A stretch of 64,000 nucleotides of DNA, from positions 153,636,001 to 153,700,000 of the forward strand of contig OZ024743.1 in assembly GCA_964016885.1 (NCBI GenBank), written 5' to 3'. Below the pieces are notes generated by a model that was not told the origin of the DNA, ran no database searches, and saw only the letters and a program-made list of their open reading frames with translations. Below are positions 1 to 13,600 of the stretch, one piece after another; position 1 is the first letter of the stretch; every line of letters begins with the position of its first letter. The stretch is from Eledone cirrhosa (taxonomy: Eukaryota). A program made the position numbers and the translations under genes.

Positions 1-1502
1 GTTTCATCCATCAGCTGATGAGAGCTGTGGTGTTTGGGGGGAGAAACAAAACCTCAATATTTTTTGACCAGTCTTCCATTCCCCGTGGGTGGCTGGGGGC
101 ATTGTCCAGTAATAGCAGAAAACTGTTGGCAATGTTGTTAGCTAATGCATATTCCTTAAGGGTTGGTGACAGATATGAGGTGAAAAAATCCTGGTGAATT
201 GAAGTGATCAGCCATGCATTCTTATTAGACTTCCATATCACTGGTAGGTATTGCTTAAGTAACCCCTTGAGTGCTCTTGGAGTTTCAGAGTGGTAGGTAA
301 TGAGTGGCTTTAGCTTTAAATCTCCTTCTGCATTCCCTCCAAGTAACAGAGTAACGTGGTCCTTTGAGGCTTTGAACCCCTTCGCACTTTTCTCCTCCTT
401 GTCAATATATTACTGGTCATCTTTTTCCAATAAAGTCCTGTTTCATCATAATTAATAAGCTGTTTTTTGCCGTACCCCTTCTCTGCAATGCATTTCTCTA
501 ACTCAGCCTTGAATTTTTCAGCACTCTCTTTGTCGGAACTGGCAGCCTCACCTGTAACTTTTATGTTGTGAAGACTCGAAAATCGTTTGAACTTATCAAA
601 CCAGCCTTTGCTTGCCTTGAATACAAAGTCCTGCACCCCATTTCAGTCTTGAGTCTGTCAATAATGGACAATGCTTTCTCACTGATTACATTTAAAGACA
701 GAGGCATATCTTGAAAGATTTTGGTCGTCGATCCAAATTTTGAGCAACCTTTCCATCCTATCCAAAATCGGCTCACGATGTTTGGTCGACAATTTACTCT
801 GTAGACTCGTAGCATTCTCCCCAGCTTTTTAGACAGTCACACTATTTTTTAAAACAGTCCAGACTGTAGAGTGGGCTAGGCTTAAGTTATGACTTATGGC
901 GGACGTACCTTGCCCTTGTTCCTTCCTTTTCAAAATGTCCAGCTTTATCTCCAAAGTCAGGCTCTACCTCATGCGTTTGGTCTTTCCATCTGCATCAACA
1001 ATGTTTACAGGATGTTTTGGGACCATGAGATATGGGGTTATAAGATATGCCGTGATAATTATGCTCCAAAAACACGCCGTCGAGTTTTCTCTTACTTTGA
1101 ATGACGTCATAACTCTTAACTGATCCCTTCAGTTCGGCAAAAATTCTCTTACTGAGAGGACACGCTAGTTTTCCGAACTGAAGTGATCAGTTAAGAGTTA
1201 TGATATCATCGACGCATTTCTGAACTCACTCGTGATTGGCCAGTTTCTCAGTAAGGTCAGTTAGTACGATAGCAGTAGTAACACAATTTTCCTAGAATTC
1301 GAATAGCAGTCAGTTTCCACGAATTCAAGGGGGAATTTATTGCTTACTACAGGTGGCGCTACGGTACAATATAAACAAAATGCGACCAAAAACCGTATCT
1401 ATGAATTTTGTTTACCGTAAATAGAATTGATGGTAGTAATTACCCAAAACCGTATCGCTGAATTTAACGGATAAAGAACTACCGTATATCGAGGACACAC
1501 TG
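1..1502 (-). mobile_element. pogo/Tigger-family DNA transposon (left end plus disrupted DDE transposase; runs off window start)
   Basis: Minus ORFs 316-636 (FKASKGWFDKFK, NYDETGLYWK) and 11-241 (WKSNKNAW, LLLLDNAPSHP, FLPPNTTALI) are CENP-B-HTH/DDE_1 Tigger motifs. Minus-strand terminus TA|CAGTGTGTCCTCGATATACGG at 1502 resembles a Tigger TIR with TA target site. Confidence 0.9.
11..880 (-). pseudogene. Frameshifted Tigger/pogo transposase
   Basis: Conserved motifs are split across several frames; 5' boundary approximate. Confidence 0.8.
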
Positions 1503-1594
1503 TATTTGTCTATTTACACTTCATGCAGAATTTGTGCCCTTAGGCATTCTTGCCTCACACTTTGTTAACAGACAGCCTCCCCGCCCACACATAA

Positions 1595-1643
1595 AAACAC
1601 ACTCACACACACACACACACACACCCACACACACACACACACA
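1595..1643. repeat. (CA)n microsatellite
   Basis: Direct inspection. Confidence 0.95.
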
Positions 1644-1944
1644 AATATGCAATATGGCTATTTTCTAACAGCACTTTACTGTTTTTACCTCTGAATTCTT
1701 AATTAAGGTGTACAACAATTTATGCACACTTAATATTCTCTATGTATTAGCAGTAGTTACTTAACTGTGTTTTGCTATATTTTACCATGTATATATATTA
1801 TGTGTGTGTATCTGTGTGGTGGAAAGGCTTCCACCGTAACATATCTAATCAAAATTTTACTTCATTATCTTAATAATATAATTATGCCAAAGTATATAGC
1901 TTCAATTAATTGAAACAGGAAACCATATATTTATGATTCTCTGT

Positions 1945-1948
1945 CTCT

Positions 1949-2030
<82 letters not shown>

Positions 2031-2068
2031 TCATCATCATTTTACGTCTGCTTTTCCCTGCTTGCAAG

Positions 2069-2100
<32 letters not shown>
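1945..2100. repeat. Compound (CT)n(TA)n(CAT)n microsatellite with a short RTE 3' tail fragment
   Basis: Direct inspection; catcatcat-tttacgtctgcttttccctgcttgcaag matches the RTE tail at 10615-10670. Confidence 0.9.
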
Positions 2101-2101
<1 letters not shown>

Positions 2102-2560
2102 ATCATCATCGTTTAACGTCCATCTTCCACGCTAGCATGGGTTTGGATGGGATTTCCCACTTGAGGCAAGTCTGGTTGTCTTGCGGGTTTTCTACGGCTG
2201 GATGCCCTTCCTAACCCCAACCACGTTTACAGTGATGACTGAGAAGTTTTTACCATGTTACCTACACGGCCACATTACAGCGTGGACTGTGTGTTTTTTT
2301 GTCGTGAAACCTACACAACCTCATTTATTTAGGACTGGATGTTTTGGTACCAACATAACTTTACATCGGAAGGGGGTGGTGTGGATGGGTTGGGGATAGT
2401 GGGACGGGGTGTATTTTGGTAAGAGGTGCCTACTGACTGTAGGTTTCGATTTGCACTTAGGTAAGGCGGGTCTTCTGTATTACTGGGTAGCGCCAAAGAT
2501 CTCGGTCGAGTGACATTGTAAGTGTGTGAGGTCGGAATTTATCAAGTCGTCCCAGGTTTT
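2101..2560 (-). mobile_element. 5'-truncated RTE LINE end plus 3' module (45-bp repeats, AGGAAGGGCATCCAGC box, (ATG)n tail)
   Basis: KTWDDLINSDL...DRDLWR is the RTE ORF end; same order as the copy at 45280-45660. Confidence 0.8.
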
Positions 2561-4697
2561 ATATATATATATATATATATATTTGTGGTTATATGTATAT
2601 ATTATCATATTTGTGTGTATCAACATTTCTGGAAGTTTGGGTTGATATAGTTTCAGTTTGTATGAATTTCTATATGTTTTCATGTGTGTATAAGTATTTA
2701 ATGTAATGCATATATCTATCTCTATATATATGTGTGTGTGTATATATATTTAGATGTGTAAAAGTGTTAGTCAACGGTCCTGTAAACATACATGTAATCA
2801 ATTTAAAATTATTAATATTCATGAGAGGAAATTCTTTAGGTAACATCAGGGTTTTCTACACATGTTTATTTGTTAGCAAATGTATGTATTTGAAATTTCC
2901 AAAAAAATTATCTGAAGGAAATGACAAAAATATATAAAAGATAAACATAAATTATACAAACAAATAAAAACCAAATAGAAAGATCTCTTCAACATATCAT
3001 GCTATGCATATGAGTACAAAAGAAGCAAAAATATATAACAAAAACCTCCTCTACTTAGAACTATAGTAAATGAGAAATTCTATCTCTGAATTTGAAATAT
3101 CTGGAAATTATAAATATATTTTTTCATATGCATTTTTCTTGTAATAAAAAGATGTTTGTATGGATTTAAGATTGTAAAGTCAATCAAACTTGGGATCATT
3201 TTCACTGTATATTTTGATGATAAGTTCCTTCTTACAAGAAGAGAAAACAAATGAATAAAAAAATGAGGCATTTAATATTTCAATCTATATTTTTAAAAAT
3301 TTTATTTGCTGAATGTAAATTTGCAATTTTATTCAACTAAAAATAAAAACCTGCAAAATAATTTTGAAAAATTAAAAATAATAAAAATATTCCCAATATT
3401 TGTTTCTATCAAGTTATATTGATAACATTTCAAATGGGGGAGAAAAAATGGTTAATTAGAATTTAATATGTGTTTTTGGAAATTTGTTGAGAGTTATGTA
3501 AAATAATACAGCTGTGCGTTATATTTCACAGCAAATAATATTGAATATATAGATGCATTAAAATGGCTTCATAGTTGCTGTAAGCACACTCTGGAAAATG
3601 TGTTCATCAAAAATAAGTTTTAGAATTTTCATTTAATTCAGGCTAGATTTTGTTATTTTTAACTTCATACAGAATCTACCTGAGGATCAATGAAATGATT
3701 TAACATCAAGGTGTTGATTCAAATTTAAACATGTTAAAAAAAATCTTCATGTTTGTTATTTCCCTAAGGAATAACCATTAAATAAATATAGTTAACAATG
3801 TGATTTCCATGATGGTTGTTTTATCAAAATATATGATGGCAGATTCTGTCATTTTTATATACAAAAGATATCTATGTTATTTCATGAAAAATATCTAACC
3901 AACCACCATTACGTATTCCATCCATATAATTTTCTTTTTTTAGTAAATATATTTATATTCCATTTACACCTATATTTCACCTAAAAAGAGAGGGAAAGCA
4001 TTTAGGACAATGGAAGTGGATTCAGCTCTTAAGCATGATGTGTCACTGACTTTGTTGTCAGCTTTCATGTTCATTTTCACATATTTCTGTGTTCACTCTC
4101 TCCATCACAACTGCTTCTCATCTTAATCAAACAGTATGCTTGCTGAGTAAATAGGTTTTATTTTTGGTGTGATGACACAGCCTTTGTGAGGTAATCAATT
4201 TTCCCAGTGATATTCATGCATGATATTAATGAACATATATGAAGAGAAATAATCTGGTTAAAATGTCAAATTTCATTTACACAAATATGAAAGAGAATAA
4301 CAGATTTCAAATGCAGATAGATATGATGGGATACTCAGATATAAAATATGAGATGAAAAAATGACATACAACTGCATTCAGTTATCAGTTATTGCTACTT
4401 ATGCAAATATATATTTCATATTGTTTTTGCATGTTTTCTTTTTAATTTTCCATGGGAAATACATCCCTGGTTTTTACTATCTAATATGCAGATACATGAA
4501 CGTTTTCATGAGCTATAGTGTAATCATTATCGTCAGTATCACTATCTTTCTCCTTGTAATATTCCTTCTCTAACTCTTCATCATCATCATCAATCTAATA
4601 TCACCTTCTATCATCAATATCTTCATCATTGCTATTATCTACCACCATCATCATCATCAAGCACCCATTCCTGCTATAATTAGATCTCAATCACTCA

Positions 4698-4869
4698 TTT
4701 GGCAGTGTCAGTAGAGGGTCGGACGCCATGCTTTCCAGCATAGTTACGTCCCTTTACGATCTGAGTTCAAATCCCGCCGAGGTTGACTTTGCCTTTCATC
4801 CTTACGGGGTCGATAAAATAAAGTACCAGTAATGCACTGGGTTATTGCTGGCCTTGTGCCTAAATTATT
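4698..4869 (+). mobile_element. tRNA-derived SINE with Meta-like central domain (resembles octopus OK-type SINE)
   Basis: B-box GAGTTCAAATCC followed by GACTTTGCCTTTCATCCTTACGGGGTCGATAAAATAAAGTACCAG; many copies in the window. Confidence 0.85.
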
Positions 4870-5427
4870 ACTAACATATTATTACTAACAAATTATTACT
4901 AACATATATGATCTTTTAAGATTTGACCACCTCCAAGCTTTCATTTCCAATTTCAAACAGTCACACCTATTTTAAGAGTTATATCTGTAGCTTCATTTCA
5001 AAATGTGATGGCCAGATGGACAGCTGGACATCTAATAAATAGTACACACCCTAGTACATAAAATATTAACACACCTGTGATATGATTCCAAATGGCTTGT
5101 TAAACACCAGTTGTTAATGGCATGTGAATTGGCACCAAACTACAAGCAGATATGAATTATATAAGCCCTATTATCATTAAATGCTGTGGTGATAATGATA
5201 GATAGTGAACTTTTGAAGGCTTAAGTTTATAGTTTCAATCCTACACTGCCAGGAATGTATCTTTTAGCTGAGAATTTGAAATATTCATCTCAGCATCTTG
5301 TGTGTAGAGCTTCTTGAACAAATATTTTAATATCCTAATTAATTCTAGCTATAATTCTAGATATAATTGATTGTTATTGTATAACATTGAATCACTGTTA
5401 CATTGACTGGTCAAGTAACTACAACTC

Positions 5428-5552
5428 GTCCTCCTCCTCCTCCTCCTCCTTTTCTTCCTCCTCCTCCCCTCCTCCCCTCCTCCTCCTCCTCCTCCTCCTT
5501 TTCTTCCTCCTCCTCCCCTCCTCATCCCCCTCCCATCCTCCTCCTCATCCTC

Positions 5553-5618
<66 letters not shown>
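5428..5618. repeat. (CCT)n(CTA)n compound trinucleotide microsatellite
   Basis: Direct inspection; explains the spurious ORFs at 5387 and 5403. Confidence 0.95.
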
Positions 5619-5785
5619 TCACCACAACCACAACATTTAGCATTATGTAGGGTCAATATCTCCACTCTTTATTTCAAACAGTAGGTTATGATCTCTGAAA
5701 GATTTTGTTGGTATTAATAATAAATCCAACAACGATGTAAAGACTGCCATCATCATTATCAACATCATTATCTTGTTATGCCAGT

Positions 5786-5963
5786 GGATTGGCAGTATCG
5801 GTAGAGGGTCGGACGCCATGCTTTCCAGCATAGTTACGTCCCTTTACGATCTGGGTTCAAATCCCGCCGAGGTTGACTTTGCCTTTCATCCTTACGGGGT
5901 CGATAAAATAAAGTACCAGTAATGCACTGGGTAATTGCTGGCCTTGTGCCTAAAGTAGAAACA
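5786..5963 (+). mobile_element. Meta-domain tRNA SINE with 19-bp TSD
   Basis: TSD ATTATCTTGTTATGCCAGT at 5767-5785 and 5964-5982. Confidence 0.9.
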
Positions 5964-7319
5964 ATTATCTTGTTATGCCAGTTTTCCCGTGTTTTGCATA
6001 GGGTGAATAGTTTATCAAGGTCTGAGACTAGATGGATCAGAGATCCATGCCTTATTTATCCATTTCCTTTTTGGCATGTTTTCTACAGTTGAATGACCTT
6101 CCTAAAATCAACCACTTAACAGTGTGTACTTGATGTATGTAATCAGGGTACACCACTATCACTTTACAGAGTGTATTGGGTACAAGCACTACCACTTTTC
6201 AGAGTGTACTATATGTATTTTCGTTGTGAATTTGGTACTTTAGAGGTGGATTCTGTTCTCAACAAGGCTAAAAGTATCCTGCAAAACTTTACACCATCTC
6301 TGAATGACAACCATTTTACAGTGTATAGAATGCATCTTGTTATGGTGTCAACACAAGCGAGACACTTTTATTACCAATGTTAATTTTACAGTAATACACA
6401 TAGGTGTATATCATATTTATAATTCTGAAATAAGTAAGAAAATTAAATATCATAATCACCAGGTTACATTTGATGATGACAATGAGGATGATGATGACAT
6501 TATACAAACACACACATACACACACATATAAATAGTGAACGTTCATGATCTAGTGAGTGGTGGACCCAGGGATATAAGATTTAATTGCTGAACTGGGTTT
6601 TTTGTTGTGACTGGCAGATAGTATCAGCAATGTAAAGGCCAATAAAATAGATATGTGTGTGTTTATATTGCTTGGCATCACTTAATCTTCCTTAAAACAA
6701 CACATCTATATTGTTAACTCTTCATATTTAACATGCTGTTATGTGTCTTTTCAGTTTGGCAACTACCAATAACCAGCATCTAGCTACCACCCTTTCCTTA
6801 TCGCATAATCAATTTGTTTCCACCATCACATTCCCATCACATTGATAATCCACCATATCTTCTCTTGGTTATTGTTCTCTTCTATTTGTAAAAATAGCCA
6901 ACCTTGATTTGAAAGAGCAAAAATAACATGGAGTAGAGGGTACTTTTCAGTTTTGTTGACAATCACACTTATCTTAAGGCCATAATAATAAAATGTGCAG
7001 AGTACACTCTTTAAAGTGGTTGGAGAGAAAAGGATACACCATAGTGAATAAAAACCTCTTTGGTTATATCAGGAACATTGTGTCTTCAGGGCTGGTAACA
7101 TGATAAATTGCATCTAATACACTATGTGAAGTGGTTGGTATAAAGTAGGTATTTCATCTTTAGAATCCATGCCAAAAATAGAACATATGAGGAAGAGGGA
7201 GTCAGTCCCTTGACATAGCAGGCCATGTCAGCATGAAAATCAGTTGTAAAATATTTATGATAACGAAGATATATAAAGGAACATATAGATATACATACCA
7301 ACACACATATTTGCACATA

Positions 7320-7545
7320 TAGATTAAGGAACGATCGACTTTCGTCAAATCGGACCGAGGGAACAATGTTTCCGTTGGTCTTTCCAATTGCTAATACTAT
7401 CTATCGGTCGCAACTCCAGGTAGAAGGAGCAACGTGAAATAAAGTGTCTTGCTCAAGGACACGACGCATCGCCTGGTCCAGGAATCGAACTCACAACCTT
7501 TCGATTGCGAATTCAATTCTCTAACCACTCAGATGGCATGACCTC
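7320..7545 (-). mobile_element. tRNA-derived CORE-type SINE
   Basis: Minus strand A/B boxes (AGTGGTTAG...GAGTTCGATTCC) then GTGTCCTTGAGCAAGACACTT; homologous to 58216-58350. Confidence 0.75.
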
Positions 7546-7812
7546 GTTCAAATTTACCATTTTATTAACGAAATATAATATTGCTTATTAAGTCCTTTAT
7601 GTTTAATCTGGAAGTAGATTGTGCTTAATTATTAAAATTCTCATTGGTACATTGAAAATTGTTTGCCATTTACTGATAAACCTTTTAGGAATGTTACTGT
7701 TCCAATCTAAACAAAAGGGAATGGTATGAATATATGATAAATGATTAATAAGAACAGATTAAATTTGATAGTTATGTCATTGTTATATAACATATTCAGA
7801 AGAACTCGTTCC

Positions 7813-8270
<458 letters not shown>

Positions 8271-8519
8271 CAGTAATGTACTGGGTATTTGCTGGCCTTG
8301 TGCCAAAAGTAGAAACAATTATTTACTTACTCTGAACAGAGGCACATCAAGATACAGAAAACATAATTATACACCCATATATGTGTGTGCTTGTATATGT
8401 ATAATTTAACCTATGTTTACCCATGCTAGCATGGAATTAATGGTCTACTAGATGGACCAAGGTTCACATCTCCCTTACATATGCACTGGTCATATGTATA
8501 TGTATATATATATATTGTT

Positions 8520-9135
8520 AATATCTTTGGGAGGTTCATGTTGCCAATAAGAAACACACGCACCAGTTGCTTTCACTTCAATATATTATAAATTTTATAA
8601 ATTTCCGGATGGTTGTTTATATATTGTCAAAGTTCTTTCGTCACACATTCTGTGACCTCTTCAGTGACTGGGGATTCTTTTCTTTGTTTTGTACCTCTCC
8701 TTTGTTCTTTCCTACACCATCTTGTTTTTGTGTGTGTTGTGTGCTTAGTTTACGTATGTGTTACATGCGGGTGTCTGTGTGTGTTTGTATTTGTTTATTT
8801 ATTTGTTTATTTACATGTTACCAGGTAGTTGTTTGTTCTATGTGTGTGTGTTTTCATTTTATCCTTAATTATAAGTTGTGATGTTGCTATTCCATTCATG
8901 TTTTCTATTTAATTTTGGTTGGAGTTCATTTATATTTATTGCCTCTGTGTTTTGTCTAAGCATTGCGTCTTTTCTGTGTGTAGATTCTATGTTTATCTCT
9001 ATGTTCTCTAATTTGCCCTTATGTTCTATTTTAGCATGTTGGTGGAGTATTGATGAGTCTTTTCTATCTTGGAGTTCTCGCCAGTGTTTATTTAATCGTT
9101 CTCCTATGCTACAAGCTGTCTCACCTATGTACATT
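8520..9135 (-). mobile_element. 5'-truncated Penelope-like retroelement: GIY-YIG endonuclease end plus pLTR
   Basis: ORF 8865-9134 YIGETACSIGERLNKH...RQNTEAININELQPKLN is a Penelope-type GIY-YIG; a repeated pLTR follows. Confidence 0.9.
8626..8668 (-). ncRNA. Minimal hammerhead ribozyme (Penelope pLTR)
   Basis: Minus: GUCA CUGAAGA g GUCACA gaaug UGUGAC GAAA G aa C UU UGAC; 4-bp stem I, intact core. Confidence 0.75.
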
Positions 9136-9361
9136 TATTTTTCGATACCTAAAAAAAGGTAACCCCCCTATAGATTTTTATCTGCAGAATGATCCCGGAA
9201 TAAAAACAACGATACGCTGATATATGGAAAACACTCCCCGATGACTAATCTATGAGCCTGTAAAGTTTCATGAAAATCGATCGTAAGATGTAGGCCCCGA
9301 TAGGTAATACACAGACACACAAATACACACACACATACTTAATGTTGTATATATATACAGA
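9136..9361 (-). mobile_element. Helitron-like non-autonomous element, 5' part
   Basis: Minus start TCTGTATATATATAC followed by a (TG)/(GTCT) tract; AAAGTTTCATGAAAATCG motif resembles that of the Helitron at 29729-30720. Confidence 0.6.
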
Positions 9362-10059
9362 CTAGCAGTAAACCCGGCGTTGCTCGGGGTCGCTCAGTAG
9401 CTGTGTTAAAGTTACAATGTTAAGTTTCTTTTTGGGCTTAAAAACTGTAGTGTCTACTGTGCAGACTTGCATGTGGTGTTTTTGATTAATATTCCCTCAA
9501 CCAACAATATGCCTTATGAAGTTAAGAAAACATAACGATAACCCGAATGTTATAACAAAAGAGGAAATATTTGCTTGTTTTACGTAGTCTTTAAATAGAC
9601 TTGTTTTCAAGTAAAAATATTGTTTTAAAAGGCTTTTAAATGGAAATGAACCAAAACGGAAGCTTAGTGTTCGAACTGATGAATTTTGCAGGTCAAAATT
9701 TTGCTGGCTCGACAACTGTTCGTGTATTGTGTTAATGTCATTTTAAACGCTGAGAAAGCCAGCGTAATTTTTTTAATTTTTGCACGCAGAAAATGTAAAC
9801 AGAACGTAACAGAACGTAAGACGCTCAATGTAAACAGAACAAAGGGAAATAACTCGTCACTTACGCTCAAAAATCGATACAATAGATTCGATTTCGTCAC
9901 ATAGGGTGGGTCAATTTAAAATATTTTTTTTCCGATGTCTTCGCTAGGGCTCAATGTACAAGTATAGCAATTTCGGTGCAATTCCGTCAGAGATTCTAAG
10001 AGGAGATGTGTGCCAAAAATCGATAGACAGACAGACAACCACAGCTTTATATATATAGA
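9362..10059 (-). mobile_element. Non-autonomous Helitron
   Basis: Minus 5' TCTATATATATAAAG plus (GTCT)n; 3' hairpin CCCGAGCAACGCCGGG then CTAG; inserted at A|T. Confidence 0.85.
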
Positions 10060-10612
10060 TAACTGGCAATCAATGTTTATAATTGATTGACCAACAGTTA
10101 AAAATATAGATATAAACATATAGAGCCTATCAAAGTTCTTTCATCACACACATGTGACATCGTCGGTGGTACTATTATGTTGCTCCTGTTGTATTGTAAT
10201 GTCTATTCATTTTTTTTATTCATTTATTTATTACTGTCGTTGTTTGCACATGCATTTGTGTGCATGTTTTCTGTTTGGTGTGTGTTCGTGCCAGAGTCTT
10301 CTGTCATAGCTCACTAGTGTGTGATTATGTATGGTTGTTGTAATTGTACCTGTGTATAATTATTTATATTTACCTTTGGTCAATATTGTGTTTTCGTTTT
10401 AACTGTTGGTCAATCAATGGAAAACATAGATTGCCAGCTAAATTATCTATAGGGATATAAAATATAGGGAAGCGAAAACCAATCCAAACCAAACAGGGAG
10501 TGTGTTTATTATATATTTCTGGCAATATTGTAACAATATGACCCTGCTCAAGTATAACAATATTTGTTTCAACACACAATTCCATAACAAAAGCCTTACA
10601 AAACAAATTCAT
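10060..10612. mobile_element. Diverged Penelope pLTR with inverted segments and degenerate HHR (10129-10170, minus)
   Basis: CAAAGTTCTTTCATCACAC...GTGAC is homologous to the HHR at 8119; inverted repeat 10060-10103 vs 10397-10440. Confidence 0.6.
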
Positions 10613-10614
10613 AT

Positions 10615-13600
10615 ATCATCATCATCATCATCATCATTTTTTTACATCCGCTTTTCCCTGCTTGCATGGGTTGGACGGATCCTATTTAGCACAGCATCTC
10701 TCAACTTCTCACGGTCCTTCGTCATCTCCTCGGTGAGTTTCAGCGATCTGAGGTCTGCTCTCACCACCTTCGCCCATGTTTTTCGTGGTCTACCTCTACT
10801 GCGTCTTCCTTCTACTGGGATTTCTTGGCACTTCCCTAACCAACGATCATCCACCATGCGCATCACATGTCCATACCATCTCAGCCTTCTCTCCTGCACA
10901 CCACAACTTATTCCTCTTATACCCAGGTTCTTTCTCAACTCATCTATGCTTGGTCGTTCACGCACATTGACATAGCACATCCAACGGAGCATACTTGCTT
11001 CATTTCTCTCCAGCCGTCACATATCCTCTGTAGTTGCTGCCCATGCCTCACTACTATGCAGCATCGCGCATCTCACACAGGCATCATATAACCGCACTTT
11101 CGTACGCAGGGAGAAACACTTCTTCGTCAAGAGAGGAAGCAGCTCCCTAAACTTCTTCCAACCTATCTTTTTTCTTGATACTATGGCCTCAGAACACCCG
11201 CCCCCATGTTAATATGATCACCTAGGTACCGGAAGCTATCAACCACTTCTATAGAACCCACCTGCATTGGAAAAATATGTCTATCACTGCGCTTACTTCT
11301 GCCAACTTTCCCTGTACATCTACTGCATACGTAGTTTTCCCTACCTGTTAGTTTGCCTACTGTCCCACTACATCTCTTGTATACCCAAGATCGGCATTGT
11401 GTACATTTTATGGAATTTATGCCAGTTCCTTTCCTACATATCAAACATGGCTATTTCCCTGATGGAATAAGAGTATTGTCTTCTCGTCTACTTATCAAAA
11501 CTTTTGTACTAACTATGTTCACTCTCAGTCCCCTTGATTCCAACTGCTGTTTCTATAGCCAGAATTTCTTCTCTAGCTCCTCTACTGATTCTGCTATAAC
11601 AACTAGATCATCAGCATTGAAAAGTTCCCATAGGCATCCAGTCTTAAACTCCCCTGTTATGGCTTGGAGGACTATAATGAACAAGAGCGGACTGAGGACC
11701 GAACCCTGATGTACACCTACTTGTATCTGGAATTCCTCACTAAACTCCATACCTACTCTCACTTTACAGAGAGCACCCCTGTACATAGCCTGCACTGACC
11801 ACACAAGCCATTCTTCTACACCTAGTTTCTTTAAGGACCGCCAGATGACAGATCGGCGTACCTTATCAAAGGCCTTCTTTAGGTCAACAAAAGCTAAGTA
11901 TAGTGGCTTATTCTTCTCTAAGAACTTCTCTTGTAGTTGCCTCTCTAAGAAGAGGGCCTCTGTTTTACTTTTGCGAAGCACAAAACCAAACTGCATCTCA
12001 TCTAATTTGACCCTTTCTCTAATCAGCTGTACTAATATTCTCTCTGCCACTTTCATAAACTGATCCACCAGCTTTATACTCCTGTAATTGCTCCTCTCTA
12101 AAGCACCCCCTTTACCTTTGTAGCAATTTATGAGAATACTGCTGCACCAGTCTTTGGGCATGACACTACCATATATAGCTTAATTGATGATGCGAGAAAC
12201 CAGTTTAGTGCCTACTTCTCCTGAAGCCTTCAGCATCTCAACAACTATCCCCGACGGTCCAGCAGCCTTACCATTCTTCATTTCCTTAATTGCGTCTTGT
12301 ACCGTATATTCGTTAATCACAATAGCTGACCCCTCTGTCGGATCTACTGGGGGTAATTTCTCTCTCTCCCATTCGTTCTCCACAATCACCAGTCTTACAT
12401 AGTGACATTACCAGGCCTCCTTTTTTATCATTCGTGGCACTAAGTACACCGGCATCATTCCAGACACACTTATCTCCAACAACATCCTGATTTGCACTGA
12501 CACACTGCTTTTCATTGCGTAACACCGCATGTTTCGAATCTTCCTGTCGCAGAACATTGGCAAACCTCCTACTCTCAGCCTCCCTGCGTGCTAAATACAC
12601 CTCTGTAAATAGCAGCTGTGTATCATTCCCTACTCCCACCATTTTCCCAAGCCTTTCATGCCAGCCAGTCTTTTGTCTCTAATGGCCCTATCTACCGTGC
12701 TGTTCCACCACCAGGTCACTCTCTGTCTGGTTGAAGCTCTGCCCCAACCACAAGTTTTTTTCAGTAGCCATCAGTAAGTTGTCACGCAATTCCAATTCTC
12801 ATCTATGTCATACAACTCTAAATCGTCTTCTTTTTCGTCATACACGTCTTGAAGGGCTTTGCTAAATTTAATGAAAGGTCTTTTAGCTTCGAGACCTTTC
12901 TTTTCCACACCTTCCTGTATGTCTCATTCTTTCTCATGCTTACTGAGATGTCACCAATGACGAACCTATGCTGTGGGGTACATTCTTCCCCGGGGTATGC
13001 CTTATTTGACACCATCTGTCTGTCTCACTGTCTAACTAGCAGGAAGTCAATCTGGCTTATGTGCTCACCCGATTTGTAAGTTATTAGGTGGCTGGAAGGC
13101 TTCTGGAAATTAGTGTTGCAAATGGTTAGTGCATTTGCATCAGCAAATTCAAGAAGCCTCACTCCTTCTTCATTTCTTGAGCCGTAACTGTGCCAACCAT
13201 ATACCCCAGTGTATCCATCCTGGAGCTGTCCAACATGACTATTGAAGTCCCCTGCTAGCAAAACGATATCTCTGTCCTCTGTCATTGAGGCTGTTTGTAA
13301 ATGTTGCTCGTAAAAGCAGTCTTTCGCTTCTTTACCTAGGCCTGCGTGGGGAGCATAGGCAGAGATGATTGTCAGTAGTCTCTTGCTTACAACTAACCTA
13401 AGCTTAATTATTGTATTACGAACTCTAACTACCTCTATTGTCTTATTGATCAATCTCTCAGCCAGTAATATGCCCACCCCACCTAACCCATCATCATTAC
13501 CCACCCAGAAAAGCTTATAACTACGATGTTTGCCAGCGATTAGTCTTGCAGAGGCTCCTCTCCATCTCACCTATTGCACATAGCATACATCCACCTGCCT

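Noticed and set aside
3675-3705. CTGAGGA..GAAA motif
   Set aside because: Only 5 nt between the boxes and no stem I; chance match.
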